From the NCBI GenBank assembly GCA_024679065.1, contig JAGIQG010000013.1, positions 33,108,001-33,172,000 of the forward strand: 64,000 nucleotides of DNA, given 5' to 3'. The position numbers and the translations under genes are program-made. The notes beneath the pieces are model-generated. The model did not search any database and was not told the origin of the DNA. It saw nothing but the letters and a program-made list of their open reading frames with translations. This document shows, one piece after another, positions 1 through 13,497 of the stretch (position 1 is the first letter of the stretch; the number at the start of each line of letters is the position of its first letter). This DNA comes from Sphyrna mokarran (Eukaryota).

Positions 1-1270
1 AGCACTCACAAATAGTGTAAATAGTTAAAGAATATGCATTGTCTCCAGACAGAACAGTAAGTGAGATGTTGTAAGTGAGATGTCAAGTCATGAGGTTACT
101 TTCCCGGAGTGGAGAAGCTATGACATCTTCTCTGGAGTCTTCAACATGTCATTGATGAAGACAAACATCTTGCTAAGGCCATCCCCACACCCCCACTTTT
201 TGCCTTCAAACAACTGCACAAACTCAAACAGACTTTTGTCTGCAGCAAACTACCCAGCCTTCAGGAGAATGGTGATCACGACCCCACACAACCCTGCCAC
301 AGTAACGTCTGCAAGACATGCTGGATCATCGACACGAACGCCATCATTCCACTTGAGAACACCATCCACTCGGTACGTGGTACATAGTCATGCAACTCGG
401 CCAACATTATCTACTTGATACACTGCAGGAAGAGATAGAACATAGAACATAGAACAATACAGCACAGAACAGGCCCTTCGGCCTTCGATGTTGTGCCGAC
501 CAAAATAAAAAGCAATGCCCCTCCAAACTAAACCATTCCCTTCTCTTCCATATACTTATCAATTAACCTCTTAAACGCCACCAAACTTGGCGCATCTACA
601 ACAGCTGCAGGCAGGGCATTCCACTCCCTAATCACTCTTTGAGTAAAGAAAAAGATGTCCCGAGGAATGGTACATTGGGGAAACTAGGCAGATACTATGA
701 CAACAGATGAATGAACACCACTCGACAATCACCAGGCAAGACTCTTTTCCTCCTGCTGGTGAACACTTCAGCTGTCAGGGGCATTCGGCCTCTGATCTTT
801 GGGTAAACATTCTCCAAGGCAGCCTTCAAGGCATACGACAATACAGAGTTGTCGAGCAGAAACTGATAGCTAAGTTCTGCAACATATAAAGATGGCCTCA
901 ACTGGGATCTTGGGTTCATGTCACACCATTTGTAACCCCCGTGACTTGCCTGGGCTTGCAATTTCGCACTTACAGTTCTGTCTGGAGACAATACACATTT
1001 CTTTAACCTATACTTAACACTATTTCCACTCACATTGTTTGCACCTTTAAGACTTGATTAGCTATAAAAACTTGCATTCTAATCAGTATTCTGTAAACTG
1101 AATGTGTGCCTTTAAATGCTGTTTGTGATCAGAATTTCCCACTTATGTGACGAAGGGGCAAAGTCCCAAAAGCTAGTGGGGCTTAATACCAAATAAACCT
1201 GTTGGCCTTTAACCTGGTGTTGTGAGATTTCTTACTATGCTTACCCCAGTCCAATGCCAGCATTTCCACA
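1..1270 (+). mobile_element. Penelope-like retroelement 3' fragment (GIY-YIG endonuclease + pseudo-LTR), with an inverted pLTR piece at 1-110
   Basis: Degenerate IYLIHCR..CPEEWYIGETRQIL.QQMNEHHSTITRQ...GEHFS...EQKLIAKF GIY-YIG peptide; 35-80 is the reverse complement of ~950-1000. Confidence 0.85.
433..650 (-). mobile_element. CR1/HER1 LINE 3' fragment inserted in the Penelope GIY-YIG region
   Basis: (catagaa)n tail; highly similar to 21233-21445. Confidence 0.85.
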
Positions 1271-1977
1271 TCTGTATTGGCCATCCAGTACCATATCCCA
1301 TTAACACAATGTTGGGCAGCAACGGGTTTCTCATATGCTTCTGCCTGCACTGACTTTGGGCACACCCCATAGGTAAAATTCAAGCTATGGTTTTGATTTG
1401 AGGCCAAGCCGACTGCTAAACTTGAGTTAGATACGAGTAACTAACAATAATTTCCCTCTATCATGTGTAAGTGGCACGTTGTTTCAGGAATCTTTGCAGT
1501 TTTACTTGACGTCTCTTTCAAAAACACAAGTGAAATTAGGATTACAGGCAAAAAATCCACTTCCTACCATTCACAGCAGAATGCAACGTATAATGCCAAA
1601 AACTTACATTGATATCATACCTTTAACACGGATGAATTTCCCAAGGCATTCCCTAGAAGCACAGACAGAAATGCATGCTGATCCAATGAAGAAATATTAG
1701 GAGAATGAAAAGCTTGATCAAAGAGGTAGCTTTAAGGAAGGTCAAAGACAGTTAGCGCAGTGAAGGAACTGCGGGATTTAGAAAGGAGAATGCAGTACAC
1801 ATCTAGGTATTTGAAGGCTTTGAAAACAGCCATTTAGTGGGGTTAAAATCAAATCAGCTTCTTCTTTACCATAACGGTAAGATCAATGTAAATCTGGTAC
1901 TGCCCCATTTATTGTTCCTTGGCATTGGCTATTCACTACTAATCATACACAAAATAATTAAAGTCAGATGGTAACTT

Positions 1978-2250
1978 AGGGGAAGATGATGGCATAGTAA
2001 TAATGTCACTGGATAAGTAATCTAAAATCCCAGATTAATCCTCTGGGGACTTGGGTTCAAATTTAAATTCAATTAATAAATTGTTGTAAAAAAGGTTAAC
2101 TGATGGCTTTTCAGGAAGGCAATCACTAACTTTACCTGGTCTAGCTTACGTGTGATTTCAGATCCCAGCAACATAGTTAACTCTAAACTGTTCTCTGCAA
2201 TTCAGTTCAAGGACATTGTCAGCATCATCACATCCCATGAAGGAAGAAAG
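1978..2250 (+). mobile_element. Degenerate tRNA-derived SINE
   Basis: A-box-like ggcatagtaa and B-box gggttcaaat; cacatcccatga...A tail shared with the LINE family at 33170-34030. Confidence 0.6.
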
Positions 2251-2529
2251 GAAAAGAAAAAGAAACATAGCTCCTGGGTTCTCGTAGTGGATAAATCTAT
2301 TATACAGTCCTTTGGGTTCAGCAACATCCAAATAGCTTAAGTTAATGCTGGTTTAACTTGAACCTTTAACTAGCCCTTAGAGATTCATGCATGTGCTTAT
2401 TAGCTCTTCACCTCAAGGTGATGATGTTTCCAATGCAAGAGTGGCAGTTTCCAGTTAAAAAGAGAAAAAGAAAGACATTTTACATCAAACTAGATTTGAT
2501 AATTGAACATAAGGTACAGAATAAAATAC

Positions 2530-2726
2530 CTGCAGGTGTCTATTCCAACATTTTTCAGTAAGACACTGTAACTATAAGTGAAACCCTCTTGCAGGACACC
2601 AAAATTCACTTTTGCTGGAAACAACTCAAAGCCTCGTGTTGGTTTCGTGAATATACCACTTGCTATGGGACCAGCAACAGATGCTGTATTGACTTTTCTT
2701 CTGACTGGCTCTTCAATAATGGCAAA
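2530..2726 (-). CDS. SPAG17: SPAG17 exon (197 nt, phase 0-2): FAIIEEPVRRKVNTASVAG...GFELFPAKVNFGVLQEGFTYSYSVLLKNVGIDTCR
   Basis: ttttttacag| acceptor, AG|gtattt donor; start of the C-terminal PapD/ASH-like domain (FGVL.EG.TY...LKNVG.D.CR). Confidence 0.95.
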
Positions 2727-4899
2727 CTGTAAAAAATAAACATAACATTTTTAGGGGCAGTTTTTAGATCATTTATTCAGTTGAAATAATCAGTTAACAT
2801 TGGTGGATGACTTAGAAAATGACAATTCTTCTGAATTCAGAAATTATCAATTTTAATCCATTCTCTTGAATGGTATTCAACTAAAATCAGACGTGTCCTT
2901 CTTTAAAACTGTAATTTCAGATTCAGTCATGTCACTTGATTTTAATTGCAATTTTAACTGTGGCCTGAGAAGGGAGGACATTGGGAAGCCAGGTAAAGAC
3001 AGAGAAAATGAAGATCAAAGACCAAAAGATGCCATTTAATCTTTGTTTTTTAAATCTTTTTTATATGACCTGGACATATTCCAGCAGAAGTCCCATAATC
3101 TCCTATCTATATCTGCCCAGCCTCTAGCTATTGGTCAGTCAGCTATCATGATCGCAGCAAAGTCTGGAGCTATCCCACGACTCTACGCTAACTTTCAAGC
3201 TGAGCCCTGTTTCTGCCTCACACTCTGCCCAAGAGCAGGCGATCTTTTGGTGAGAACTACCAACAAAGTGCAGCAGATCCCACATGTACTTCTTTCATCT
3301 GCGGCCTATGAGGAGACTCAAAGCAATTCCTGGGCTCTACAGAGTGTGCCAGCTTCAACCACCATCTCTATCTCAAGCAGAATCAGTATTCTGCAAAACA
3401 TCCAGCAACTATCAGCCCCTCAGAATAAGTTCTGGCTACATGTCAAACACACCCACTCATTCACTCTGTCCAGATCCATTAATGTTTTGTATTCTCAATC
3501 GCTTAGACTGCTTTCAATGGTCATAGAGGATAGATACCAACTTGCAGCCAGAGGGTTGGAAGAAAAAGCAGGAATGCTCCTCCAAAACCCCACAAGGAAT
3601 GTGTAACCTACCTCAGTCCCCAGTGTTTCATCCTTTCTTTCCAAGAGACTCCCTGGGAAGTCTGCCCTCAACTAGGGGACCCTTGAGGCTGGTCTCTGCC
3701 ACTCAGGAGGAAGGATTAACTGCAGGTTCACAATGAAGGAAAGCAAGAGGGGTGGGCTGAGTAGGATTTTGGAGCAGGGTCAGTGACTGGGGAACAAGGT
3801 GAGGTTTACCCAGCTCAAGAGAAATCCAAGGAGCCACGCAAAAACCTAAAAATAAATTCTAGACTTACTTTATGAGTCCTCTTTTAGCTCTGGATCTGAC
3901 TACTGACAGGCTTGCCTGATAGAGGTGCCAACACTGCATGTGACCCTTTGTTGAGACTTCTGGTCATATTGCAGATTGCATCCTGGTGAAACCATCAGAA
4001 CTGATTGTATATGTAAAGCAGAAACCTTCCTTCTTTTTCTTTATCTGCTTACAAACAGGTTAATATGGAATACACTGTGAAGGAAGAAAGTTCAAAGGAG
4101 CAAGATAACTGTTATTTAAACTGATCCCGCTTTTTCATACAAAACAATTAAAATCTGGGCCAATCTTCCAACAAATGTAAATCTCTTTGTCAGTATGGAA
4201 TAAAAGGTTAAAGAGATTACATTTAAGGTTCATCATCAAATTCTATATAAAATTTTATTTCATGATACTGGAGTATTCAGCAGGGGTATTATGCGCAGTT
4301 CTGGTTACCTCACTATAGGAAGGATGTGATTGCACTAGTTGGAGTACAGAGGAGATTCATCAGGATGCTTCTAAGGCATTTCACAGAAGCAATTATCAAA
4401 CAAAATGGAAACCAAGCTACATGAAGACATACTAGGATAGGTGGCCAAAACCTTTATCATTGAAGTAGGTTTTAAGAAGTATATGAAAAGGATGAGAGGG
4501 GTTTAGGGAAGTTTAGACAAATAATTTCTAAGCTTGAGACCTAGACAGCCTGAAGTACAGCCACTGTTTTGTGTTCAAAGGCAGCAATACATTTTCAGTG
4601 AGTACCTTTATTGAAATGATCTCTAAAATGGCAGCTTACAGAGATTGTCTCGTGAAAGAAGTCACCTGATTGCACCATGCTACATAGGATTTGTATTACT
4701 GTTGCATTTCAGAACTCAAACATCCCTCATTTCATAATGAATAAAAGACACAAACATCCCTCTCTTCCTATCAATAAAAGGCAAATTTGCATGCATGATC
4801 ACACGTAATTGAGTTACCTAAGCTACTCACTATATGCCCACTGTTTTCCTTCATAACAATTGCTTGTTTGAACTGTCAGTCTCTGTGCTTGTATTGTAT

Positions 4900-6040
4900 C
4901 GAGAGTCATTAAACAATGCAAGCTGTTTAATGTATCTCTTCTTCCTGACTAGGCAATTTCTTCGAAGGACAGTTTCACTTGTTCATCATATGTGGCTACG
5001 GTTGCATTGCTATACTTGGCCATTCATTTCCATTGCATACAATCAAGGCGACGATTTCTCTATGCATTACACAAGTTTCCATGTGGGGTGATATTTGTTG
5101 TGAACACTAAAGGTTTGTATCTTGGCTGGCTCTCCAATGCTCACCACTGGCAACTAATGGCTTAGTTGTCTTGTCAAAATGAAATTTGGCTTTCTGTCAT
5201 TTCACCTTGATTCATTTCCATTCACCTGTTTAAACTTCTAGTTTCAGTAGCTTTTTTTCATTTGAACGGATAGTTCACATTCAGCAAGATATGACTTTTT
5301 GGACTGGACTACTTTCCATCCCAACAGTCAGGATGTCATTCCATTTGAGAATAGCTTTGTCTACATACGTGCTTAATTTTCTCAACTTCTTAATTTTTTT
5401 GGTAATTTTCACTGCCACTCCAGCCTTTCTATTGGGATTGTATGGCTAAGATGTGTCATGTTCAATTTCTCAATTCTTTGTGAATCGGTTGAATTTTTAA
5501 CTTTTTCTTACTTGAGGGTGATTGTCATTCATCACAATGTCTGGGATACTGTAATAGTTGAAGTATGTTTTCAGGCATTCCACTATTTCTCCTGTCATTG
5601 TCAAGGGCGAATTGTGGCACAGTGGTTAGCATTGCTGCCTCACAGTGCCACGGATCCAGGTTCAATTCTGGCCTCAGGTGATTGTCTGAGTGGAGTTTGC
5701 ATGTTCTCTCTATGTCTGCTTGGATTTTCTCCGGGTGTTTTGGTTTCCTCCTACAGTCCAAAGGTGCGCTGATTAGGTTGATTAGTCATGGTGACTTGTC
5801 CCTTAGTGTCAGGAGAATCAGCAGAGTAAATTTGTGGGGTTAGGGCAATGCGGCCTGGGTGGATTGTGGTCGGTGCTGACTCAATGGGTTGAATGGCCTC
5901 CTTCTGCATTGTTGTGATTCTATAAAGTCAGTTTAACTCACTGTAGTCCAAATAGTAGTTGACACTGATAAAATAATCAGTTAAAGAAGCAATCTATTGC
6001 TGGTTTGAATGTTGTGTTTTTGGATAATATTACTAAAAGA
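4900..6040 (-). mobile_element. Gypsy LTR-retrotransposon integrase remnant, split by a SINE
   Basis: Minus-strand peptides DYFISVNYY, EIVECLKTYFNYYSIPDIVMNDNHPQ and NRKAGVAVKITKKL resemble the DDE integrase core. Confidence 0.7.
5605..5922 (+). mobile_element. HE1-like tRNA SINE
   Basis: gtggcacagtggttagc A-box, ggttcaattc B-box, HER1-type aatggcctccttctgc..gattcta tail. Confidence 0.88.
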
Positions 6041-6429
6041 CAGCATGCAGATTATAAGTAGGAAATAGTCAAAGATGGATTTTTGAGAATTCGAGACATA
6101 ACAATCCGGAGGAGGAAGACTGAAGGTGATTTGCTGGCTGTGATAAGAAAAGAACCAGACAACAACCAGCTCACAGAACTAAACAATGAAAGAGAAACAT
6201 TGAAGGATATTTTGAAAGCAGAAGTAGACAGTTTAGTGATAGTGAAGAAATGCGATCAGATGGTGTGGTCATCCAAATCAAAGGCTGCAGACAGGTTAAG
6301 AACGATAGCTTAGCACATTCACAGTTACATAAAAGACAATCTGTGATTTCCATGAAGACTATTTCAGTGCTATGGCAGGATGGAAACCTTGGGATGTTTT
6401 AAATGAGATGCCATTAAAAGCAGAATGTA

Positions 6430-6662
6430 AATCTGAAATAGAAACAAGAAAATGCTGGAAATATTCAGTGGATTAGGTAAAATCTGCGGAGAGAGGAACA
6501 ACGTTAATGTTTCAATCCAAATAGCTTTGAGCAGAACTGGGCAAAGGTAGAAATGAAATAGGTTTTGAACAAGTGCTGGGTGGGAAAAGGGACAAAATGA
6601 AGCTCTAATGAAAAGTCATTGGCCTGAAAAATTAACTCTTTCTCTCTCCACAGATGCTGCCT
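6430..6662. repeat. Penelope-derived short repeat (aaaatgctgga...cagatgctgc); related copies at ~26560-26750, 27540-27640, 44150-44295, 54200-54335
   Basis: Shared aaatgctggaa..tcagcaggtctggcagcatctg motif and its inverted counterpart in each copy. Confidence 0.6.
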
Positions 6663-6717
6663 TTTTATGGCATGATAAGGATGTAGTTTAATTAACTCTG
6701 TTAGTGTTAACTTTTAC

Positions 6718-6884
6718 CTTCTGGTTAGGTAGTACACCTGGCTTTGAGCTCAAAATAGCTGTTGGGAGCTTGACTTTCTCCTTTCTTGGCTGGTTGGCAG
6801 CATCAATTATCAGGCTTTTGTTGAATATAACATTATTTCCATCACCTGGTAGCTCTTCAGGCCTGTATTCCATCACTCCATTTC
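6718..6884 (-). CDS. SPAG17: SPAG17 exon (167 nt, phase 1-0): NGVMEYRPEELPGDGNNVIFNKSLIIDAANQPRKEKVKLPTAILSSKPGVLPNQK
   Basis: tttcacttcaacaag| acceptor (5' boundary less certain), AAG|gtaaaa donor; SL..D..GQ.RKEKVKLP...LSSKP motif. Confidence 0.9.
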
Positions 6885-9529
6885 CTTGTTGAAGTGAAAA
6901 AATATATAATATAATTAGAGACTTGAAAATTGTTTAATATTTTTTCTTTTGTGACAAGAAGCGAATTGATATTCTATATAATGTGCATTTGAAATTTAAA
7001 CAAACCGACCTTAAAATAATCTTTATACATTTGAAGATATAAAATAATCCATCACAGAAAACCATAAAAATGGGTTGTGTAGCACCCGTAGCCTTAGGGA
7101 TGTGTAATGATAATGTGCAATTGTTATGGACATGTATATTATTTTTATTTGTTTAAGGGATCTATTTTAAAGTTTATTTTTTCTATAGGTAGTCAGCTTG
7201 TCTGGGGTGGCGGGGGGAGGGTGGGGGGAATGTTGTGGAAGCAAGATAATTACTCATTTTATCCATGAAATGCTTACTTAGCAGAAAACTACTGGATTTT
7301 AGTTTACAAAAAGAAAACATCTGCTGAGATTTTTGGTTAAAAAAATGGAAATGGATTTAGATTGACAGGGTCTATCTAAATAGTCCCTAATGGGAGGAAC
7401 TAGGTATTCAGCAGAGAGAAAACAGCTTTTGAGATTTGTTTAAAGATAGTGTTGCAAGTTGCTCTCCCTTCAAAATCCCTTTGAAAGCTTCAAGGCTGTT
7501 TATACCGCTTATAGCAATATGGTTTATTTATAGTTGCTAACTGTATTTAAAGTGTTTTTTAGTCTGTAAGAAGAATGTTGCTTATTTGGAACTGAAACAG
7601 TGATAAGTTAGAAATTAGAGTTGTTTCTTTTCATGTTTAAAATCGTTGAATTGGGAGCAGATAGCCATTGTTATAAATGCTATCCTTCACTGTCCTTCAT
7701 ACCTTGCAGAGCCATCCTTCCATATTGTCCCTCCCATCTTCATCAGCTTCCTCACCTCACACTCCACCCTCTATTGAACTTCAGACTTTTGTTGCACTGG
7801 CTGTATGAGCCCTACAGCACAGTCCTATCGAGATAGATGCTGATCTGTGACATCAGGGGCAAGGAGACCGTGCACTCCACAATCCCAGGTGCTGTATCTA
7901 TCTGACTTAGTGACATGGGAGGGTCCATTGGTTCAGCAACATAGTGCTGCCCATGAGGACCAGCTTGGAATGAAGATGGGGGGCAGGAATCAGTCTGCCC
8001 CAGCATCATCACTATAGTAGAAAGGGTTGTTGCACTCACCATGAAGTCTCTTATAAACTGTGGACTACCTTATGCACACCACTCTTTAACAATTGGGTTT
8101 TGGATCCATGTTATTTCAGCTGGCGTAACACAAGATTGGAGGGCCTGACAGGATGTCTGTGGGCAGCTGTTTCAATGTGCATTTATTAGATGCAAATGGC
8201 ATTCATGCCACTAATTAATGGGAAGACTGTTCTGTCATTAAAATGGCATTAGGAAAATTGCAACGTGATATATACCAGTGGGTTTACAACTTTTTGGCTC
8301 CTGTTAGATTCTTCCCTCCCACCCACCAGAAAACCACAGGGCATGACAACTCACCTTAAGCCTAATTACTTATTAGGATATCTCTAATTCTCATGTGATT
8401 TATTACAAACTTGTCTCCTTAATTTCTTTGCAGTTCTAGCCAGATTATCCTCACCTATAAAAACATTTTCCATCACCCCTTTTTTGCCAATTTGCCCACA
8501 TGTTCCCTCATAACATTTGTAATTTCATTTTTGCAAGTTTTTAGTTTTCTTTATTCTGATATTCATTTATTCCTATTGGAGACATGTTTAATATTTAAAT
8601 TCATCCAATTATCTTATTCATCCCAGGAACTTCAATCTATGATATACTCCTTTTTTCCATTTTGGAATATGTTTGACTTATAGTCCTTCCAACTATTTTC
8701 CAGTAGTGATCTACTGTTCTGATTGACAATTTTGTTTTCCATTTAAACTGACATGATCTCTTTCAACAGATTTTGTTTCCCAATTCCTCGCACGCAAATG
8801 TTTTCCTCCATTCCTAGTTACATGCTAAACACAATTATATTGCGTTCACTGCTTCCCAAACATTCCACACAGCAGTTGTAAACAATATGGCTAAACACTC
8901 TCCTTTCTGAACACAAAATTAATCATACCATATTCAATTTTTAGAATTTACAAACTGGACAATTATAACTATGTTAATAAACTCCTCTACAGTTTTCCTC
9001 CGAATTTCATCAAGTTCCATTACTTGATGGTGTCTCATATGCTCCCAATATGCCAAATTCCTTAGTTTAGTCCAAAAGAATAGTTTGGACATTATTTTAT
9101 TTCTTACAGTTTGGTTCAATGGTACTGTCTTAGAAATTGCTGCTTAAATAAAGATGTAGCTATGCACTAACGTGCCCATTTTAGTAGAAAATGCCTTATA
9201 TTCACTCACAAAATGCTGGTAAACAAATGTACTTTGTCCATGTGTATTTACTTAATATAAAGTTATCATAATTAAATAACCAAATGAAGTACTCATAATG
9301 ATCAAAAATACTTGCACGCTCTACATTTCATTTTAACTTTTTAGCAACAGACACATATAAAGGAATTGAAGTTCAGGTGCATTAACCATGTGATGACATG
9401 CCAATTGCAATATTAACCACTTTTAATTATTTTCTCTTTGAAATGCATTTATCCACAGTTGCTTCCCAATTAAGCATATTGCACAACATTATAGTGATTA
9501 ATAGGCCTTAATTGTTTCTTTATTGGCAA

Positions 9530-12500
9530 GGAACCAAATTAAAAAGCAGAACCAACAAGGTGGTAATCTCTGGATTACTACTTGAACCACATGCAAATTG
9601 ACGCAGGGTCAATAGAATTACGGAGGTGAACACATGGCTCAAAGATTGGTGTGGGAGGAATGGGTTCGAATTCATGGGGCATTGGCACCAGTATTGGGGC
9701 AGATGGGACATGTTCAGATGGGATGGTCTTCGTTTGAATCGTAAAACCAAGGCTGTAGATAGAGTTATAAACTAATTGGGGGGGGGGGGGAGGTAGGGGG
9801 AATTACAAAACCTAAAGTAAAGGAGAAGGTACGAGTGCAGGTCAATATTGAGGATGTTCCACTAATTAAAGGAGTAGGGGCACGGGAGAGTTAGTAGCGT
9901 TCATACAAATCAGGTCCGGATAAAGGCTGGCATAAAGACACTTTACCTGAATGCACGAGGCATTTGAAACAAAGTGAATGAGTTGATGGCACAAATCAGC
10001 ACAAATGGGTATGATCTAGTGGCCATTATGGAAACATAGTTGCAGGGTGACCGGGACTGGGAATTGAATATCTAGGAGTATTAGACATTTAGGAAGAATA
10101 GACAGAAAGAAAAAGGAGGTGGGGTAGCTCTGTTAATAAAGGATAATATCAGGGCAGTAGTAAGAGAAGATATAGGTTCCAAAGAGCAAAACGTGGAATC
10201 GTTGCGGGTGGAGATAAGAAATAGTAAGGGGAGAAAGTCATTGGTGGGTGTGGTCTATAGGCCTCCAAATAATAACTTTGAAGTGGGGCGGGCTATAAAC
10301 AAGCAAATAATTGATGCATGCAAAAACGGAAACGAGATAATTATGGGGGATTTTAACCTGCATATTGATTGGTTGACTCAAGTCAGATGCAGTGGGTTTG
10401 AGGAAGAATTCTTGGAATGCTGTTGGGATAGTTTGCTTGAACAGTATGTAATGGAACCTACGAGGGAGTGAGTTATCTTAGATTTGGTATTGTGTAATGA
10501 GGCAGGTAGAATTAGGGATCTTCTCGTGAGATATCCTCTTGGGAGGAGTGATCAAATATGGTTGAATTTCTGATGCAAATGGAGGGTGAGAAAGTAGGGT
10601 CCCGAACCAGTGTCCTCTGCTTGAACAGAGGGGAGTATGATAATATAAGGGCGGAATTGGCTAATGTAGATTGGGAGCACAGATTGGTTGGTAGGACAGC
10701 TGAAGAACAGTAGAGGATTTTAAGGAGATCTTTTTCAGTACTCAGCAGGAATATATTCCGGTGATAAAGAAGGACTATAAGAAAAGGGATAACCAGCCGT
10801 GGATATCGAAGGAAATGAAGGAGAGTATTAAATTAAAAACCAATGTGTACAGAGCTGCTAAAAACAGTGGAGAATTAGAAGATTGGGAAAGATTTAAAAA
10901 ACATCAAAGAATGACTAAGAAAGTGATAATGAAAGGAAAGATAGAGTATGAAACTAAACTAACTCTAAATATAAAAAATGACAGTAAAAGTTTTTATAAA
11001 TGTATAAAGAGACTTGCTAGAATGAATGTTGGACCCTTGAATAACATGAGGGGGGTATTTAATGGTGGGAAACAAGGAAATGGCTGAGGCTTTAAATAAG
11101 TTTTTTGTGTCGGTCTTCACAAATAACGGAGGACACAAATAGCTTATCAAATATTAAAGATAGAGGATTGGTAGGAGATGAGGTCCTCAATACAACTACT
11201 GTTATTAGAGAGGTAGTGCTTGATAGACTAATGGGACTGAACATAGACAAGTCCCTGGGACTGGATGGAATGCATCCCAGGTTTCTGAAAGAAATGGCAG
11301 AAGTAATAGCAGGTGCGTTATTAATTATTTATCAAAATTCACTGGACTCTGGGGAAATGCCAATGGATTGGAAAACGGCTACTATTACATCGCTGTTTAA
11401 AAAAGGTAGCAGACAAAAGCCGGTTAGCTTAATGTCTGTAGTTGGAAAAATTGTAGAATCCATCATTAAAGAAGAAATCGCAGGGCATCTAGAAAAGAAC
11501 TGTTTGATCAAACAGACGCAGCACAGATTTGTGAAGGGGGAGTCGTATTTAACAAATTTACTGGATTTTTATGAAGATGTGACTAGTGCGGTAGACAGAG
11601 GGGAACCGATGGATGTGGTGTTTTTAGATTTCCAGAAGGTGTTCGATAAGGTGCCTCACAAAAGGTTGCTGTAGAAGGTTGGGGTACATGAAGTTGGGGT
11701 AAAGTGTTAGCTTTGATTGAGGACTGGCTATCTAACAGGAAGCAGAGAGTTGGAATCAATGGATGTTTTTCTGGTTGGCAGTTGGTGACTAGTGGAGTGC
11801 CGCAGGGATCGGTGCAGGGGCCTCAACTGTTTATCATATACATAGACGATCTGGAGGAGGGGGCTGAATGTAGCATAACGAAATTTGCTGATGACACAAA
11901 GATGAGTGGAAAAGTGAATTGCGGGGAGGACGCGGAAAGTCTGCAGAGAGATCTGGATAGGCTGAGTGAGTGGGCGAGGACCTGGCAGATGGAGTATAAC
12001 TTTAGTAAATGTGAAGTATCCACTTCGATAGAAATAATAATAGGAAGGAATATTATTTAAATAGTGAAAAGTTGTAGCATGCTACTATGCAGAGGGACCT
12101 GGGGGTTCTTGTGCATGAATTGCAAAAACTCAGTCAGCAGGTGATCAAGAAGGTAAATGGAATGTTGGCTTTTATCACGAGGGGGATAGAATATAAAAGC
12201 AGAGAGGTCTTGCTGCAACTGTACAAGGTACTGGTGAGGCCGCAACTGGAGTATTGTGTGCAGCTTTGATCCCCTTATTTGCGAAAGGATATATTGGCCT
12301 TGGAGGGAGTACAGAGAAGGTTCACCAGGCTGATACCGGAGATGAGGGGGTTAGCTTATGAGGAGAGATTAAATAGACTGGGCCTGTACTCGCTGGAATT
12401 TAGAAGGCTAAAGGGGGATCTTATAGAGACTTTCAAGATAATGAAAGGGCTAGATAGAGTAGAGGTAGAGAGATTCTTTCTGCTCAGAAAGGAAACCAGA

Positions 12501-12800
12501 ACGAGAGGGCACAGCCTCAAAATAAGGGGGGAGCAGTTTAGAACAGAATAGAGGAGGAACTTCTTCACTCAAAGGATGATGAATCTCTGGAATTCCCAGC
12601 CCATTGAAGTGGTGGAGGCTACCTTGTTGAATATATTTAAGTTTTATAGGAGATAGGTTTCTGATAGACAAGGGAATTAAGAGTTATGGAGAGCAAGTGG
12701 GAAAGTGGAACTGATCCACTTCAAATCAGCCATGATCTTATTGAATGGCAGGGCAGGCTGGAAGGGCTAGATAGCCTACTCCTACTTCTTTTGTTCATAT
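9530..12800 (+). mobile_element. CR1-clade LINE, nearly full ORF2 (APE endonuclease + RT) plus the ORF1 esterase end; inactivated
   Basis: ORF1 VVISGLL...WCGRNGFEFMGHW..DGLRLN; EN VGVVYRPP, IMGDFN; [29 protein letters not shown]; several stops and frameshifts. Confidence 0.95.
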
Positions 12801-13121
12801 TTCTGCTGGAAGATTTATATCCAAGCATATTTAATTGTTGATATGACCTCCTTTGTGCTGTAGTCATTCCATGTATAATTTAGCTGAGAAACTCTTTTTT
12901 TTTTGTCTATTGCATTGTTTTTTCTACAGCCAGTTCTTGTATAGCCTTTTTCAATCTTCTGACTTCCATTTGTTCAAAACTTATTTTACCTTTCAAGCTG
13001 CTTTCTTCCAAATCAGTATTAATTTAAAATTAAAAAAGAACATTTCTATATAATTTGCTCACATCCTAATTTAAATCTTATTTTTAGTTCAAATATGCAT
13101 TTACAAGAGTTTGATACTCAC

Positions 13122-13241
13122 TTGATCCAATATCTTTCAAGACTTCAACAGGAATGGAAAATGGCTTGTGCAACAAACAACAACTGTGTCTCTTCTGAGA
13201 TAACGGATCTTGCTCATCAGCTCCTTCTAGAAGGGGATTAG
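13122..13241 (-). CDS. SPAG17: SPAG17 linker exon (120 nt, phase 1-1): NPLLEGADEQDPLSQKRHSCCLLHKPFSIPVEVLKDIGS
   Basis: ttaaattgcag| acceptor, A|gtgagt donor; open frame; symmetric phase. Confidence 0.78.
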
Positions 13242-13497
13242 CTGCAATTTAATAAAATAATAACATTATGAGTTAAATTCTGTTGTTTAAGTTCATTAGT
13301 CTTTTGCATCTTAGTCTGTTTAAATTATCCTGAGGGACCAGGCGGAAGAGTTGGCACTCCTTTCACTTCTCAAGAAGGGCAGTAGTGTATAACAAAGAAT
13401 GGGTGAAATGAGGGTAGTGAGGTATGTTGGTTGCAGTTGCATAAGGGAGCAACATAAATGGAGAGAGATAAAAGGTGTAGATATAGAAATACGAGAG

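Noticed and set aside
1183-1440. Candidate for the next SPAG17 exon (expected FKVKQPP...)
   Set aside because: Translation does not match; the remaining 3' exons must lie outside the window.
3043-3606. 187-aa plus-strand ORF
   Set aside because: TTG start, no recognisable domain or splice structure, antisense within a SPAG17 intron; probably decayed TE sequence.
7070-7660. Possible second LTR fragment
   Set aside because: No matching TG/CA termini or TSD could be identified.
9200-9325. Possible fifth copy of the duplicated exon (NTHGQSTFVYQHF next to a gtgagt donor)
   Set aside because: Similarity is limited to a few residues, there is no flanking intron homology, and the strong donor is in the wrong phase for that frame.
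9530-12800. Active reverse transcriptase gene or novel RT system
   Set aside because: Ordinary CR1 ORF2 with multiple stops and frameshifts, 5'-truncated in ORF1.
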